Source of the DNA: an uncultured Verrucomicrobiae bacterium
GTDB taxonomy: Bacteria; Verrucomicrobiota; Verrucomicrobiia; Limisphaerales; AAA164-E04
DNA length: 64,000 bases
NCBI GenBank assembly: GCA_943788245.1
Contig: CALSPN010000012.1
Coordinates: 28,552 to 92,551, forward strand
Direction: 5' to 3'
Shown: piece by piece, positions 1 through 10,014 of the stretch
Layout: each line of letters begins with the position of its first letter
Position numbering within the stretch: position 1 is the first letter of the stretch
Notes under the pieces: generated by a model
What the model saw: only the letters and a program-made list of their open reading frames with translations
Told to the model about the DNA's origin: nothing
Databases searched by the model: none
Program-made: the position numbers and the translations under genes

Positions 1-2
1 CA

Positions 3-1026
3 TTGTTTGGTGATCAATCACTACTGCAGCAGACCGTTGAGCGTGTGCTGCCTCTTGCACCCATTGAAAACATTCTAATCATCACCAATCATGCACAAGC
101 CGCAGCGGTCAGGAAGCAACTACCCTGTTTACCCAGGCAGAATGTGATCGCTGAACCTTGTGGCAGGGACACATGTGCCGCGATTGTCCTGGGAGCTGCC
201 ATTGTCGAGCAAAGGAATCCTTGCGGAGTCATGGCAGTTTTACCTGCAGACCATCTTATTCAGGATCAAAAAAAAATTCCAGCGTGTCTTAATTGATTGC
301 TTTCAACTTGCTGACAAAGAGGAACAGCTGGTGACGATTGGAATTCAGCCGACACAGCCCGCGACGAGCTATGGTTACATCAAGGAGGGTGGTAAACTCG
401 AGGCGGCGCAAAGAGCAATCAAGGGGAAAACAAAATTCAATAAGGTGGATCGATTTGTGGAAAAACCCAATGCGGCGAAAGCGCGGCGGTTTCTCAAATC
501 TGGTCAATACCGTTGGAATGCGGGGATGTTTGTTTGGTCTGTTCAAACACTGATGCATGCCTTTCAAACGCACCTGCCCGAGATGGTCGAAGCGTTTGAA
601 AGTTGGAAACAGGTTGCTGGGAGTGCAAAGAAACTGGCAGCTCAACTCGAGGAAGACTACCCTAATGTCACACGCATTTCCATCGACTATGCCTTGATGG
701 AAAAAGCTTCCAACACGGTGGTTGCTAGCGGGGTTTTCGATTGGGATGATCTCGGTTCATGGACTGCACTTGAACGGCATTTGAAGTCAGACGGCGAGGG
801 GAACTGTTCCAAGGCCTCACTCGTGCAAGTGGATTCAAGCAACAACATCATCTTTGATGCACGTAAAGGAAGGAAGCAACAGGCCATAGCCCTTGTGGGT
901 ATGGAGGATTGCATTGTCGTTCAAACAGATGATGCCTGCATGGTTGCATCGAAATCACACGGCCAACAAATCAAAGCCCTGGTTCAAAAACTTGCGGCTG
1001 ATCCCGTATTCAGGCATTTGACCTGA
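3..1026 (+). pseudogene. manC: Mannose-1-phosphate guanylyltransferase (GDP-mannose pyrophosphorylase); N-terminus cut by window edge; one frame break
   Basis: ORF 3..296 (frame 3) and the ORF ending at 1026 (frame 1) join colinearly into one nucleotidyltransferase. Motifs: EPCGRDTCAAIVLGA, VLPADHLI, GIQPTQPATSYGYIKEG, RWNAGMFVW, DWDDLGSW. The frame changes inside the A9 run 268-276; A8 would read ...HLIQDQKKFQRVLIDCF... without interruption. Confidence 0.8.
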
Positions 1027-1046
1027 TCGAGCCTTGTCGAAGGAGT

Positions 1047-1562
1047 TCAGGGTTGTGTCTTCCTGGAAGAAACACACCCTTCTTCCGGTGGCAAGTCTTT
1101 CAATAGTTCAGTCGCCGTTGCATGGAAGCCCGGAAACGAAAAATCGGGTTCAATTTCAGCAAGAGGTGCCAGAACAAAGGATCTAAGATGCGCGCGCGGG
1201 TGGGGTAAGGTGAGAAACGGTGAGTCCATCCTGATGGAGCCCAGGCAAATCAGGTCAATGTCGATCACACGAGGCTCATTGATCACGCCCGACCGTTCGC
1301 GGCCCAGGTCATTCTCGATCGCCAGTAGTTTCCTGAGGAAATCCTCGGGCCTTGTATCAATGGGTACTTCGAATGACATTGCTGCGTTCAAAAAACAGGG
1401 GGATCCCTCAGGGCAATCCACTGGCTCTGTTTTCCAGAGAGAGGATCTCGATACGGCACCTTGCGTCAAGCATTCCAACGCCAGAAAAGCCTGTTGGATG
1501 ATTCCCTCTGAATCGCCCAGATTTGAGCCCAAAGCAATCAGTGCTTTGTGAGGGTTTTTCAT
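1047..1562 (-). CDS. folK: 2-amino-4-hydroxy-6-hydroxymethyldihydropteridine diphosphokinase (HPPK)
   Basis: Intact 171-aa ORF with ALGSNLGD near the N-terminus, then GRERSGVINEPRVIDIDLI and LTLPHPR, the characteristic HPPK motifs. It lies 16 nt downstream of dapB on the same strand. Confidence 0.9.
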   Translation of the reverse strand: MKNPHKALIALGSNLGDSEGIIQQAFLALECLTQGAVSRSSLWKTEPVDCPEGSPCFLNAAMSFEVPIDTRPEDFLRKLLAIENDLGRERSGVINEPRVIDIDLICLGSIRMDSPFLTLPHPRAHLRSFVLAPLAEIEPDFSFPGFHATATELLKDLPPEEGCVSSRKTQP

Positions 1563-1577
1563 GGGTTTGTCATTCGT

Positions 1578-2312
1578 TCAAGTGAGACCCAATACATCCT
1601 GCATGGAGTAAAGGCCCGGTGATTGATTCACAGCCCAGCCAGCAGCCCTCAGTGCACCATTTGCAAAAGTATCACGGCTCGAGGCTTTGTGTGTCAGCTC
1701 GACTCGTTCGCCCTGATTGGCAAATACGACGGTGTGATCTCCCACGACATCGCCGCCTCTCATGGAATGCATGCCGATTTCTTCCTTGCTGCGGGCGCCT
1801 ACGATACCCTCGCGCCCATGGCGGATGACTTCATCCAATTGAGCCTTCCTTACTTCAGCAAGGATCTCTGCAAGCGTGGCAGCGGTTCCGCTGGGAGCAT
1901 CTCGCTTCATGCGATGATGCATTTCAATCACTTCCAGATCAAAATCTGGTCCCAGGATTTCCGTGGCCTTTCGAGTGAGCCAGAAGAGGGTGTTCACACC
2001 AGTGGAATAATTGGAAGCCCAGACCATCGGTATGCGCGAGGACTGTCTTTTGATGGCTTCCTTATCATCCTCCGAGTGTCCGGTAGTGCCTATGATCAGA
2101 GCTTTGCCAGCTTCAGCGCATATTTCCGCAAACTCACGAGTCGCTTCATAAAAGCTGAAATCGATGACGGCATCTGCCTGATCAAGAATGCTTGAAAGGT
2201 CGTCACCCATGTCAATTTTCCCGACGACGTTCAATGCGGAATGCTCCTTTGCGCAACGTATGAGTGCTTCGCCCATGCGACCATTGGCGCCTGTGATGAT
2301 GATGTTTGTCAT
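1578..2312 (-). CDS. dapB: 4-hydroxy-tetrahydrodipicolinate reductase
   Basis: Intact 244-aa ORF with an N-terminal Rossmann motif ITGANGRMG, GTTG, and the DapB signature EMHHRMKRDAPSGTA. Confidence 0.9.
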   Translation of the reverse strand: MTNIIITGANGRMGEALIRCAKEHSALNVVGKIDMGDDLSSILDQADAVIDFSFYEATREFAEICAEAGKALIIGTTGHSEDDKEAIKRQSSRIPMVWASNYSTGVNTLFWLTRKATEILGPDFDLEVIEMHHRMKRDAPSGTAATLAEILAEVRKAQLDEVIRHGREGIVGARSKEEIGMHSMRGGDVVGDHTVVFANQGERVELTHKASSRDTFANGALRAAGWAVNQSPGLYSMQDVLGLT

Positions 2313-2458
2313 TGTATTGAAATGGATTGAAATTATTTATCCACCACTGAGTTCAATGGAGGGGTTTCTCTTTTCTAAATTCGCTCTATCTCAGCTTGTC
2401 AGTCCCTGAGTGGGGGCGTATTGTTTGCAGATCCACTGATATTATGCAAATCAATGAA

Positions 2459-3808
2459 ATGAGAAAAATAGGTTCAAATCCTCGGTCCATCAACGTTCGC
2501 CTGCGCATGGGAATGTTGTCAGGACTTTCCTGCATCGTCTTTGCCTGCTCTTTCCTTAACTCCGTTCGAGCAGAAATGCCTGCAGTCAAACTTAAATTAT
2601 TTGCGGAGGGGTTCACCTCGCCCATTGCGCTAACGCCTTTGAATGATGGCAAGGGAACCTTACTGTTGGCGGATCAAGTGGGTTTAGTTCATATGGTCAC
2701 CGCTTCTGGTATCGTGCGCGGTCAACCTTTTCTTTCCTTAGTACATCGTATTGCGAAATTAAATATGGGTTTTGAAGAACGTGGTTTGTTGGGGATCGCT
2801 GCTCATCCAGATTTTAAGGAAAATGGCAAAATATATGTCTATTACTCAGCACCCTTGAGAACAAGTGCACCTGCAGACTGGAATCATACTTCGCGGATTT
2901 CTGAATTTACCATCATGGAAGGCGACGCAGACCGTGTGGATGTGGATTCTGAAAAAGTGCTGATTTCGATCGATCAACCTTATTTCAATCATAATGGCGG
3001 ATCCCTCGCGTTTGGTCCTAAGGATGGGTATTTACATATCGCAGTGGGTGATGGTGGAAATGCCAATGGACGGGGCATTGGGCATTCTGAAATCGGGAAT
3101 AGTCAGGATCTCTCCAACATGCTTGGTAAAATTCTGCGCATTGATGTGGATCAAGGGGACTTGTATGGCATCCCCGCCGACAATCCATTTCAAGGTGCCA
3201 ATATAAAATCAGAGATATATGCCATAGGGCTGAGGAACCCTTGGCGCATAAGTTTCGATCGTGGGGGCGATCATGCATTGTTTGCTGCTGATATCGGGCA
3301 AAATCTATATGAGGAGGTCAATATTATCGATAGAGGTGGAAACTACGGCTGGAATGTGCGCGAGGGATTCCATTGTTTCAATCCTGAAAAACCTACGGAA
3401 ACTCCCGAGGCGTGTCCTGAAAAGGATGTTCGAGGACAACTTTTTACCAACCCTATTTTAGAATATAAAAACGTGAAAGCGTTTCGCAATGATCCTGATG
3501 CCTACGGTATCAGTATTACTGGAGGTTACGTGTATCGAGGTGAATCCATTGACGCCCTGGTTGGCAAGTATATTTTTGCCGATTGGTCTCGCAACTGGGC
3601 AGTGCCTGATGGCGTTCTTCTGGCTGGGTCAAAAAGCGACAAAGGTCAGTGGAGCCTGGAGGCTTTGGAATTGGATGGAGAGAAGAAAGTAGGCTCATAT
3701 ATCGTTGCTTTTGGCGAGGACATGAAAGGGGAACTCTACGTGCTCACAAATGCCAGCAACGGGCTCATGAATCGAAAAGGAAAGATCTACAAAATCGTGG
3801 CAAAATGA
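2459..3808 (+). CDS. PQQ-dependent sugar (glucose/sorbosone) dehydrogenase family beta-propeller, secreted
   Basis: ORF 2396..3808. The ATG at 2459 (MRKIG...) gives a signal peptide ...CSFLNSVRA/E. Family motifs: ERGLLGIAAHPDF, DQPYFNHNGGSLAFGPKDGYLHIAVGDGG, GLRNPWRISFD, GGNYGWN. The start codon is uncertain (2396, 2444, 2459 or 2507). Confidence 0.8.
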   Translation: MRKIGSNPRSINVRLRMGMLSGLSCIVFACSFLNSVRAEMPAVKLKLFAEGFTSPIALTPLNDGKGTLLLADQVGLVHMVTASGIVRGQPFLSLVHRIAKLNMGFEERGLLGIAAHPDFKENGKIYVYYSAPLRTSAPADWNHTSRISEFTIMEGDADRVDVDSEKVLISIDQPYFNHNGGSLAFGPKDGYLHIAVGDGGNANGRGIGHSEIGNSQDLSNMLGKILRIDVDQGDLYGIPADNPFQGANIKSEIYAIGLRNPWRISFDRGGDHALFAADIGQNLYEEVNIIDRGGNYGWNVREGFHCFNPEKPTETPEACPEKDVRGQLFTNPILEYKNVKAFRNDPDAYGISITGGYVYRGESIDALVGKYIFADWSRNWAVPDGVLLAGSKSDKGQWSLEALELDGEKKVGSYIVAFGEDMKGELYVLTNASNGLMNRKGKIYKIVAK

Positions 3809-3841
3809 ATGTGGCTATTTTGGCTTAACATCGGTTCAAAC

Positions 3842-3876
3842 AAAAGCCCCGCAGGAGAGAAACCTGCGGGGCTTTT
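3842..3876. terminator. Bidirectional intrinsic terminator between convergent genes
   Basis: Perfect 14-bp stem AAAAGCCCCGCAGG / CCTGCGGGGCTTTT with a 7-nt loop, an A-tract on one side and a T-tract on the other. It sits between the 3' ends of 2459..3808 (+) and 3924..4748 (-). Confidence 0.85.
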
Positions 3877-3923
3877 GTTTGCCTTGAATTTAATTCGGAA
3901 TAACAGTAATCAGAGATTTTGAG

Positions 3924-4748
3924 TCAGTCGGCCGTGATTATGAAAATTGAAGTGTTAGTTCGCCAGATCGATTCAGTAGCCCACTGATTGATCGGCTGAA
4001 AGGAGTTACCAAATTTAAGCGCTCGAACGCTTCCGTCAGCATATCCGTATACGGATGATCCGGCTTTTTTGGATGCCAATGCTGAACCATGCCGGCCATG
4101 TTCCACTTCACGTATGTCATTACCAAACCCTTCAAGGAAGTCCATGTAGAGGGCGGCTGTATTCTCCTTTTTTTCACCAAAAACTATTGTGTCAGACGGT
4201 TGCTTGATCGATGAATCGTTAAAGGACTTTCCCGTAATGGCATCAAGTTTGTAATTCCGTTGCATTCTGGCAAGATAGTGATCGTTCCACCCATTCAAAA
4301 GGTATGATCTGGTCACCGAATCTGCAAGATTCGCCTGATCACCGACCATCTTGTTTTTCCTGTCAGAAGGGCAGAGCAATAGATTTGTGGATTGAATATG
4401 ACTGTAGAGCATCCCCGGCCAGCTTGGTGCAACATCACCGTTCAGCTCGGTCATTCCATCCGTCCTCCCTGGGAAATTACCTTTGGAGTCATCTCTGTAA
4501 AGCTGCGTAGCAAGAGTTAACTGCTTGATTTGCCCGAGGCATTTTATTTTCTGGGCTGTGGATTTGGCCTTACTCAGGGCAGGCAAAAGCATCCCAGCAA
4601 GAATGGCTATAATTGCAATCACAACGAGTAGTTCTATCAACGTAAAACCTCGTGTTTTACGAAAAAGAACTACTTGATCCCTTAACTGCTTTAAACCAGA
4701 ACCACCAACAACATCCTCAGTAGTGAGGGAACGTCTAAATACATCCAT
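3924..4748 (-). CDS. Prepilin-type N-terminal cleavage/methylation domain protein (DUF1559-like pseudopilin)
   Basis: ORF 3924..4814. Pilin-like N-terminus RGFTLIELLVVIAIIAILAGMLLPAL and a C-terminal ...YGYADGSV motif as in the H-X9-DG/DUF1559 proteins abundant in PVC bacteria. The ATG at 4748 (MDVF...) is the nearest plausible start; the longer extension looks spurious. Confidence 0.8.
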   Translation of the reverse strand: MDVFRRSLTTEDVVGGSGLKQLRDQVVLFRKTRGFTLIELLVVIAIIAILAGMLLPALSKAKSTAQKIKCLGQIKQLTLATQLYRDDSKGNFPGRTDGMTELNGDVAPSWPGMLYSHIQSTNLLLCPSDRKNKMVGDQANLADSVTRSYLLNGWNDHYLARMQRNYKLDAITGKSFNDSSIKQPSDTIVFGEKKENTAALYMDFLEGFGNDIREVEHGRHGSALASKKAGSSVYGYADGSVRALKFGNSFQPINQWATESIWRTNTSIFIITAD

Positions 4749-4972
4749 ACAAATTATTAAAAAAGCTAAATAACATATCATTAAACGGAATATTCGCAAA
4801 AAAAAGTTAGCCAATGTTCCTTTCGATATGATTTGAGAGGAAGGTCCCTTCGTGCATCGAAAACTGGATTACTTATTTTGAGAATACGCAAGTTACATGC
4901 CTTTGAGCAGTTTGCGTGCCTTTATCAGGACTTGGGGAGTAGCGTTGTGGTGAATCGTCGTAAGATTTACCC

Positions 4973-5875
4973 TCAGTTGGGTTTGTGTTCTAGCTTATTC
5001 ATGATTTTTACGCTCACTTCATCGGTGATGGCCAGGGAGTCTGGCGGGATACTTTGCGTCAAAAACACGTTGGCGCCAATGGTGCTTCTGGCACCAACAA
5101 TAGTGTCCCCGCCCATTACCGTGGCGTTGGCATAAAGCGTGACTTTATCTTCAATGGTTGGGTGTCTTTTAACACCTCGAAGAGATTGGCCGCCCTTGAG
5201 TGAGCGTCCAATCAGGGCCACTCCCTGGTACATCTTGACATGGTTGCCAATGACGCTGGTCTCTCCGACCACAGTGCCTGTACCATGATCGATAAAAAAG
5301 TGAGAACCGATACGTGCTCCCGGGTGAAGATCGATTCCTGTTCGGGAATGAGCCCATTCGGTCATAATACGCGGTATGAGAGGGATTTTTCTCTGGAATA
5401 TCTCATGAGCCAGACGCTGGACTGCGATGGCTTCCACGAAAGGGTAGGCTACGATTATCTCGTTTTTATTGAGTGCTGCAGGATCGCCATTGTAAGCAGA
5501 TTCGACATCTGTCTGCAAAAGTTCCCTTAGATCGGGAAGCTTTTCAAGCAATTGGCCAGTCATTTCGTGCGCGCAGTGCCTGATCTCATCAGGTTTGACG
5601 CCTTCGGGTGGGCTATGCAGCAGGCTTTTGTAAACTTCATCCTCAAGTCGTCCGAAGACATTGTCCATGAGATTAGCGGTTTCGATACGTAACTCACATG
5701 AATGAATCAAGTGGTCATCAAAATACCCGGGGAACAAAAGCCTCAAGAGGTCTCGGGTGATTTCGGCTATTGTTGATTTGGATGGCAAATTGACACCATC
5801 CAGATGGTTGATACCACCGAGATTGGCATAAGAGGCCAACAAATCATCAGTCAATTTTTTGATCAATTCATTCAC
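4973..5875 (-). CDS. cysE: Serine O-acetyltransferase (long, EpsC-type N-terminus)
   Basis: Intact 300-aa ORF. The hexapeptide-repeat region DLHPGARIGSHFFIDHGTGTVVGETSVIGNHVKMYQGVALIG matches the serine acetyltransferase active-site region. Confidence 0.85.
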   Translation of the reverse strand: MNELIKKLTDDLLASYANLGGINHLDGVNLPSKSTIAEITRDLLRLLFPGYFDDHLIHSCELRIETANLMDNVFGRLEDEVYKSLLHSPPEGVKPDEIRHCAHEMTGQLLEKLPDLRELLQTDVESAYNGDPAALNKNEIIVAYPFVEAIAVQRLAHEIFQRKIPLIPRIMTEWAHSRTGIDLHPGARIGSHFFIDHGTGTVVGETSVIGNHVKMYQGVALIGRSLKGGQSLRGVKRHPTIEDKVTLYANATVMGGDTIVGARSTIGANVFLTQSIPPDSLAITDEVSVKIMNKLEHKPN

Positions 5876-5938
5876 GTGAAGAACATAAGCTCAGAATTTC
5901 GAACCAGCAAGCTGAGGCTTTGAAGCGCACGGCTGATT

Positions 5939-8056
5939 TCAAGGAGCAATCAATCGGAAAAGCATGAGAGGTTCCTCCTTGGAGAAGGTCGCGAAATTGA
6001 CAAAAGTGCGTCGATAAGTTGTCCACTCTTCATCCTCAAAGCGACTTTTGAATTGAATTCGATGTTCACTCAATGCTCTCGGCCAAGTTAAAAATATTTC
6101 ATCACCTACATCAAAAATGTTCAACTGAGGACGTTCTTCGCTTCCGTCCTCAAAAATCAGCAATGACATCTGGTTGGAATTATAAACAGGGTATGCCGAA
6201 TAAGATTCATTCACTCGCAATGGAAAGACATTTCTGAACTCACCCAGAAGAAGACTGCTTTCCAAAATAGGAATTGTTTCACCGTGTTGAGGTTTCCAGT
6301 CTTCGTGGAAGTGAACAACCAGATCACCTTGAGCAACCAAGATATTTCCTGCGTGGATGCTTGGTTTTGTCGTTCCCTCTTCAGAATGGGGAATTGCGAC
6401 ATGTAACTGATTAGAAGGGCCGAGTTCGACAGTATCGCTGACATACAAACTAGTATCAGAAGACCGTAAATCCAGGCGCCCGAAAGACTGCAGGTTGCCA
6501 TTAATGCTCAGTTGCCCATCCAATACGGCCTTATGAACCTTCAAGCTTGGCGTATTTAGAGTGCTGCTATCGGATAATAATTGCCCGTCGTTCAATTTTA
6601 ATCCGCCTCGAATGGTAACCCTGCCTTTGGGGAATTTGACAGTTCCACTGCTTTCTACATTCCAATCGAGAATCACGTTGTCCCCTGCATCGGTGATCTC
6701 TAGTAGCCCATCGTTCAGGATTTGTGGATATGCTTTTGGCATGAAGGCAGTCGAACGTACGTTGCCTTGAATGGTAAAAATGCTGTCAATTTTGTTGACG
6801 ATAACCGCTTTTTCAAAAGTGATCAAATCACCTGCCGACCAGAGTAGTTCGCCGGAATTAACGAACAAACGGTTGCCGAGGACTCGTGGTTCGCTGGTTT
6901 GATCGACCCGCGCCATTTCTGTTCTCCGGAGATTATGAAGCATACCTTCCCCTCCAATGGAAGTGCCATTGGCCCAAAGAAAATAATCCTGCACAATGAT
7001 CGGGTCTTTACCAAGAATTTGTCCCTTCTCAGTGAGTAATAGATTTTGTGGAGTTACCGATTCCTCCGAATTGAAGTAGACTTTTCCCTTTTGGACCGAC
7101 AGGGTTTGGCCTATGTCGACAAGATCTGTCTCTGGGTGAAAAACAGACTCTTTCCCTGACAAGATTGTGTTCTGTTTGACCGAATATTTTCCTCGAATTT
7201 CTGCAGGGTGCAAAGGCGATGAAAAGTGAACCTCATTCAGGCTGGTAATGGATGCATTCTGAGTGCTTTTAAATGCGTGCGCGAATTCCAGTAAGGTGTC
7301 CTCGCTTGCTGCAATCAGTGATTCATTGCTTGCTGGACCTTCAAATTTCAAGTTCCCGCTCAGCAGATAAGTCTGCCCTGCATTGAAAAATTCGCAGCCA
7401 ATCAATGTGGTGCCCGTCGATTCCTGTTTATAAAAGGTGCCGAGATTACGGAATTGGCCGTGAGGTCGGCTATCATCTGAAAGCCAACTCCCATCGAAGT
7501 CTGTTCTGAAAACAGCATTTTCCAAATTGTTGAACATGCCCCCGGTTCCAGAACGAACGTCGCCGGATAACCATTCAGCTTCCCTTGCGTTAATGATGTT
7601 AAAACCTCGCAAGGTTTTGCTGCCGCTGGTCATTGTCACTTTTTGAGGGGCTATTAATTGCCCATTTCCTCCGGTGAATCCACCCCCGCGCCAAAGGAAT
7701 TGATCCTCTGCAGTGAGGGTTGCGTTCCCTTGAACAAAACCAGCCGCCAGTTCAAGGTTGACGACTTCGATGTCGATGCTCAATTGGATTGTTGGCGATG
7801 CGTCCAATGCGATCGAGACGTTGAACTCGTCTTGACTGTCATTGTTAGGGAAGGGGAGGAAACCAAAGGTGTTCCATCTGTTAACATCCGTCCATGCGCC
7901 CGACGCTGCGCTGATCCATGCTGCATCGAAAGGCTGCGCGCGCAAATCTGGGATTGGTAAGGAAAATAAATAGCAAATTACAGCAATCAGGGAACAATTC
8001 TGAAAACCGCTTTTTCCGTGATTTTTGAATGAGGAGATTTGCATGAGCCCGTTCAT
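5939..8056 (-). CDS. Secreted repeat protein of unknown function (beta-helix / autotransporter-associated beta-strand-repeat-like)
   Basis: Uninterrupted 705-aa ORF with a signal-like N-terminus (...ICYLFSLPIPDLRA/QP) followed by W..ASGAWTDVNRWN. It is G/N/S/T-rich and has two related modules (FLWRGGGFTGGNGQL... and FLWANGTSIGGEGML...). I recognised no catalytic motif. Confidence 0.55.
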   Translation of the reverse strand: MNGLMQISSFKNHGKSGFQNCSLIAVICYLFSLPIPDLRAQPFDAAWISAASGAWTDVNRWNTFGFLPFPNNDSQDEFNVSIALDASPTIQLSIDIEVVNLELAAGFVQGNATLTAEDQFLWRGGGFTGGNGQLIAPQKVTMTSGSKTLRGFNIINAREAEWLSGDVRSGTGGMFNNLENAVFRTDFDGSWLSDDSRPHGQFRNLGTFYKQESTGTTLIGCEFFNAGQTYLLSGNLKFEGPASNESLIAASEDTLLEFAHAFKSTQNASITSLNEVHFSSPLHPAEIRGKYSVKQNTILSGKESVFHPETDLVDIGQTLSVQKGKVYFNSEESVTPQNLLLTEKGQILGKDPIIVQDYFLWANGTSIGGEGMLHNLRRTEMARVDQTSEPRVLGNRLFVNSGELLWSAGDLITFEKAVIVNKIDSIFTIQGNVRSTAFMPKAYPQILNDGLLEITDAGDNVILDWNVESSGTVKFPKGRVTIRGGLKLNDGQLLSDSSTLNTPSLKVHKAVLDGQLSINGNLQSFGRLDLRSSDTSLYVSDTVELGPSNQLHVAIPHSEEGTTKPSIHAGNILVAQGDLVVHFHEDWKPQHGETIPILESSLLLGEFRNVFPLRVNESYSAYPVYNSNQMSLLIFEDGSEERPQLNIFDVGDEIFLTWPRALSEHRIQFKSRFEDEEWTTYRRTFVNFATFSKEEPLMLFRLIAP

Positions 8057-8074
8057 TATGTAATGAAATTGATT

Positions 8075-8635
8075 TTAATTGGTAGAAAGGTCATCGGGAG
8101 AATCAGCCAGCATGCGTTCTTCCCAACCCTGTTGATGCATGATGTGTCGCCACAGATTATTGGCATCAAGATCAAAAAGCAGCTTCCGTGAGGCAGGTTG
8201 TATCATCCAGGATCCACTATCGATTTCATCCTCCAACTGGCCAGAACTCCATCCCGAATAACCTGAATAAAGCCTGATTCCACGATGAGGTGAAAAAGAC
8301 TTGCTCAGCTCAATCAATTGTTCAAATGAGTGTCCCAGCGAAACATCTGGAATAATTTGCTCTTCATCAATAAATGAGTCGGTAATTAAAAAACTGAGAG
8401 CTCCAGGTTGCACAGGTCCGCCTACTTGCACGGACATTTCTTCATATTGTTCAGGAATGACTTCCGAACTCAGTTCCTGAATCGTATGGCCTGTAGGGCG
8501 GTTTATCATCAAACCAAATGCACCTTCAGGGTCATGTTGGCATACGAAAACCACAGCTCTATGAAAAAAGGAACCGTTGAGTTTTCCTCCGTCCAATAAA
8601 AACTGACCTTTGAGAGATTTAAATGCCCCGCCCAT
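8075..8635 (-). CDS. YqgE/AlgH family protein (UPF0301)
   Basis: Intact 186-aa ORF. FHRAVVFVCQHDPEGAFGLMINRP, GGPVQP and YSGYSGWSSGQLEDEI..GSW are typical of the family. Confidence 0.85.
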   Translation of the reverse strand: MGGAFKSLKGQFLLDGGKLNGSFFHRAVVFVCQHDPEGAFGLMINRPTGHTIQELSSEVIPEQYEEMSVQVGGPVQPGALSFLITDSFIDEEQIIPDVSLGHSFEQLIELSKSFSPHRGIRLYSGYSGWSSGQLEDEIDSGSWMIQPASRKLLFDLDANNLWRHIMHQQGWEERMLADSPDDLSTN

Positions 8636-8697
8636 GTTTCTAACAAACGGTTATCAGTCTCTTGTCAATATAGCAATACTGTTGTAAACACGATTCT

Positions 8698-8907
8698 ATG
8701 AAAAACGGAGATAAACCCTACCCTCGCCATACTCACAAGCCAGCACGCTTGGAGGAAACCAAACGCTCAAAAAGTAACTGGCAGAAAAAAACAGTCTGGG
8801 TTGCCCTGATTTGCAGTTTTGTTTTTCTTGCTTTGAACGGAACCGCTTGCAAGTCCAAATCCGGTAGTCGCGAGTTTATTCCAGGCAAGGGGTGGATGGA
8901 AAACTAA
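8698..8907 (+). CDS. Small membrane-anchored/lipoprotein-like hypothetical protein
   Basis: 69-aa ORF ending 19 nt upstream of the FmdB-like gene. It has a basic N-terminus and one hydrophobic span VWVALICSFVFLALNGTAC (lipobox-like). I recognised no homolog. Confidence 0.35.
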   Translation: MKNGDKPYPRHTHKPARLEETKRSKSNWQKKTVWVALICSFVFLALNGTACKSKSGSREFIPGKGWMEN

Positions 8908-8926
8908 ACACACAAAAGATCATAAG

Positions 8927-9142
8927 ATGCCTATCTACGAATTTAAATGCGGTAATTGCAAAAAGGATCACGAAATGCTCGTTCGCTCGCACGATTGGTC
9001 AGGCACTCCTTGCCCCGCTTGCGGGGCGAACCAGTTGCAAAAGAAACTCAGTGTGTTTGCGGCTTCCAGCTCTGAATCCGAAGCCGCTCCTCCTTGTTCA
9101 GGAATCCCTTCTGCCTGCGGGCGATGCAGCATGGATGATTGA
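8927..9142 (+). CDS. FmdB-family zinc-ribbon protein
   Basis: 71-aa ORF beginning MPIYEFKCGNC...CPACG (two CxxC pairs), with a low-complexity acidic/Ser tail as in FmdB-type putative regulatory proteins. Confidence 0.8.
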   Translation: MPIYEFKCGNCKKDHEMLVRSHDWSGTPCPACGANQLQKKLSVFAASSSESEAAPPCSGIPSACGRCSMDD

Positions 9143-10014
9143 CTCGGGCTTCAATGGGTTTTGATGACCGCTTGGTTGATGATCCAGGGTTCAAGATATT
9201 AATTCCTAACAATTTTTCTGCATCAAGAAACAATAATCAACATTTGATGCATGCCTGTATTCCTTGTAAGGCTCGATTTCTGAACCGCTCGCCTGATGAT
9301 CGGTTTCATTATGCCCTTTTAAACTTCGACTTTCGATGGTTTGATCGAAAGCACTGGTAGCGTGTATGTTCATTCATTCTGTGCTTAATTTTTTTCATCA
9401 TGGAGAAGGCTAGCGTCAAGTTTATTTGCTTGATCCCTGATGATAAGGATGAAAGGGGCTCAGACTCAGGTCCGAAATCAATGCAATGGATAGCATTTTA
9501 GTCACTCAGAGGGATTATTGCTGCTGCAGGCAACCTCATTATGGTTTCGTTGAGAGGCTTCCAAGCTACTGCTCAATGCCGGTTTACCAAAGTAAATCTA
9601 TTCCTGTTGTTGTTCCTTCAACTCCAGATTTACCTGAGCTTTCGCTGGTTCTCATCGGTAAAGTGCCCTTGAAGCCTTGTTCACAGGCTTGATTTGGATA
9701 CTACGATTTCTTCCTGCATTGAATTTATGCTGCAAACAACATAGGATCAGTGGTTTAGAGGAAATTGTAATTCAATTTGTTTTGTTGATTATTTTCCATC
9801 TGTCCTGTTTTCTGTTTGGTAAAATATGTAAGGTCCACCATTCCAACTAGATAACCTGTTCGTTGATTGTTGGAGGCTTGACTTGTCCGATTTTCTTTGG
9901 TTTTCTTTCCGACCCTTTGGCCCGAGCCAAATGGGGATTCAAAAAAGCCATTGCGTGGCTACTGGCTTGAAAGTAAGGTTTAGCGTCTTTTAGAAGAGTA
10001 ACAGTATTTCGCCT

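Noticed and set aside
5885-5925. Imperfect hairpin between the 705-aa gene and cysE as a terminator.
   Set aside because: The stem has a mismatch or bulge and no clear U-tract. The genes may be co-transcribed.
9139-9692. Short ORFs 9139..9360 and 9486..9692 (and 9847..10158 on the minus strand) in the gltB leader as real genes.
   Set aside because: They have no recognisable motif, start context or hydrophobic pattern. The minus-strand ORF overlaps the gltB start. I treat them as noise or unreadable remnants.
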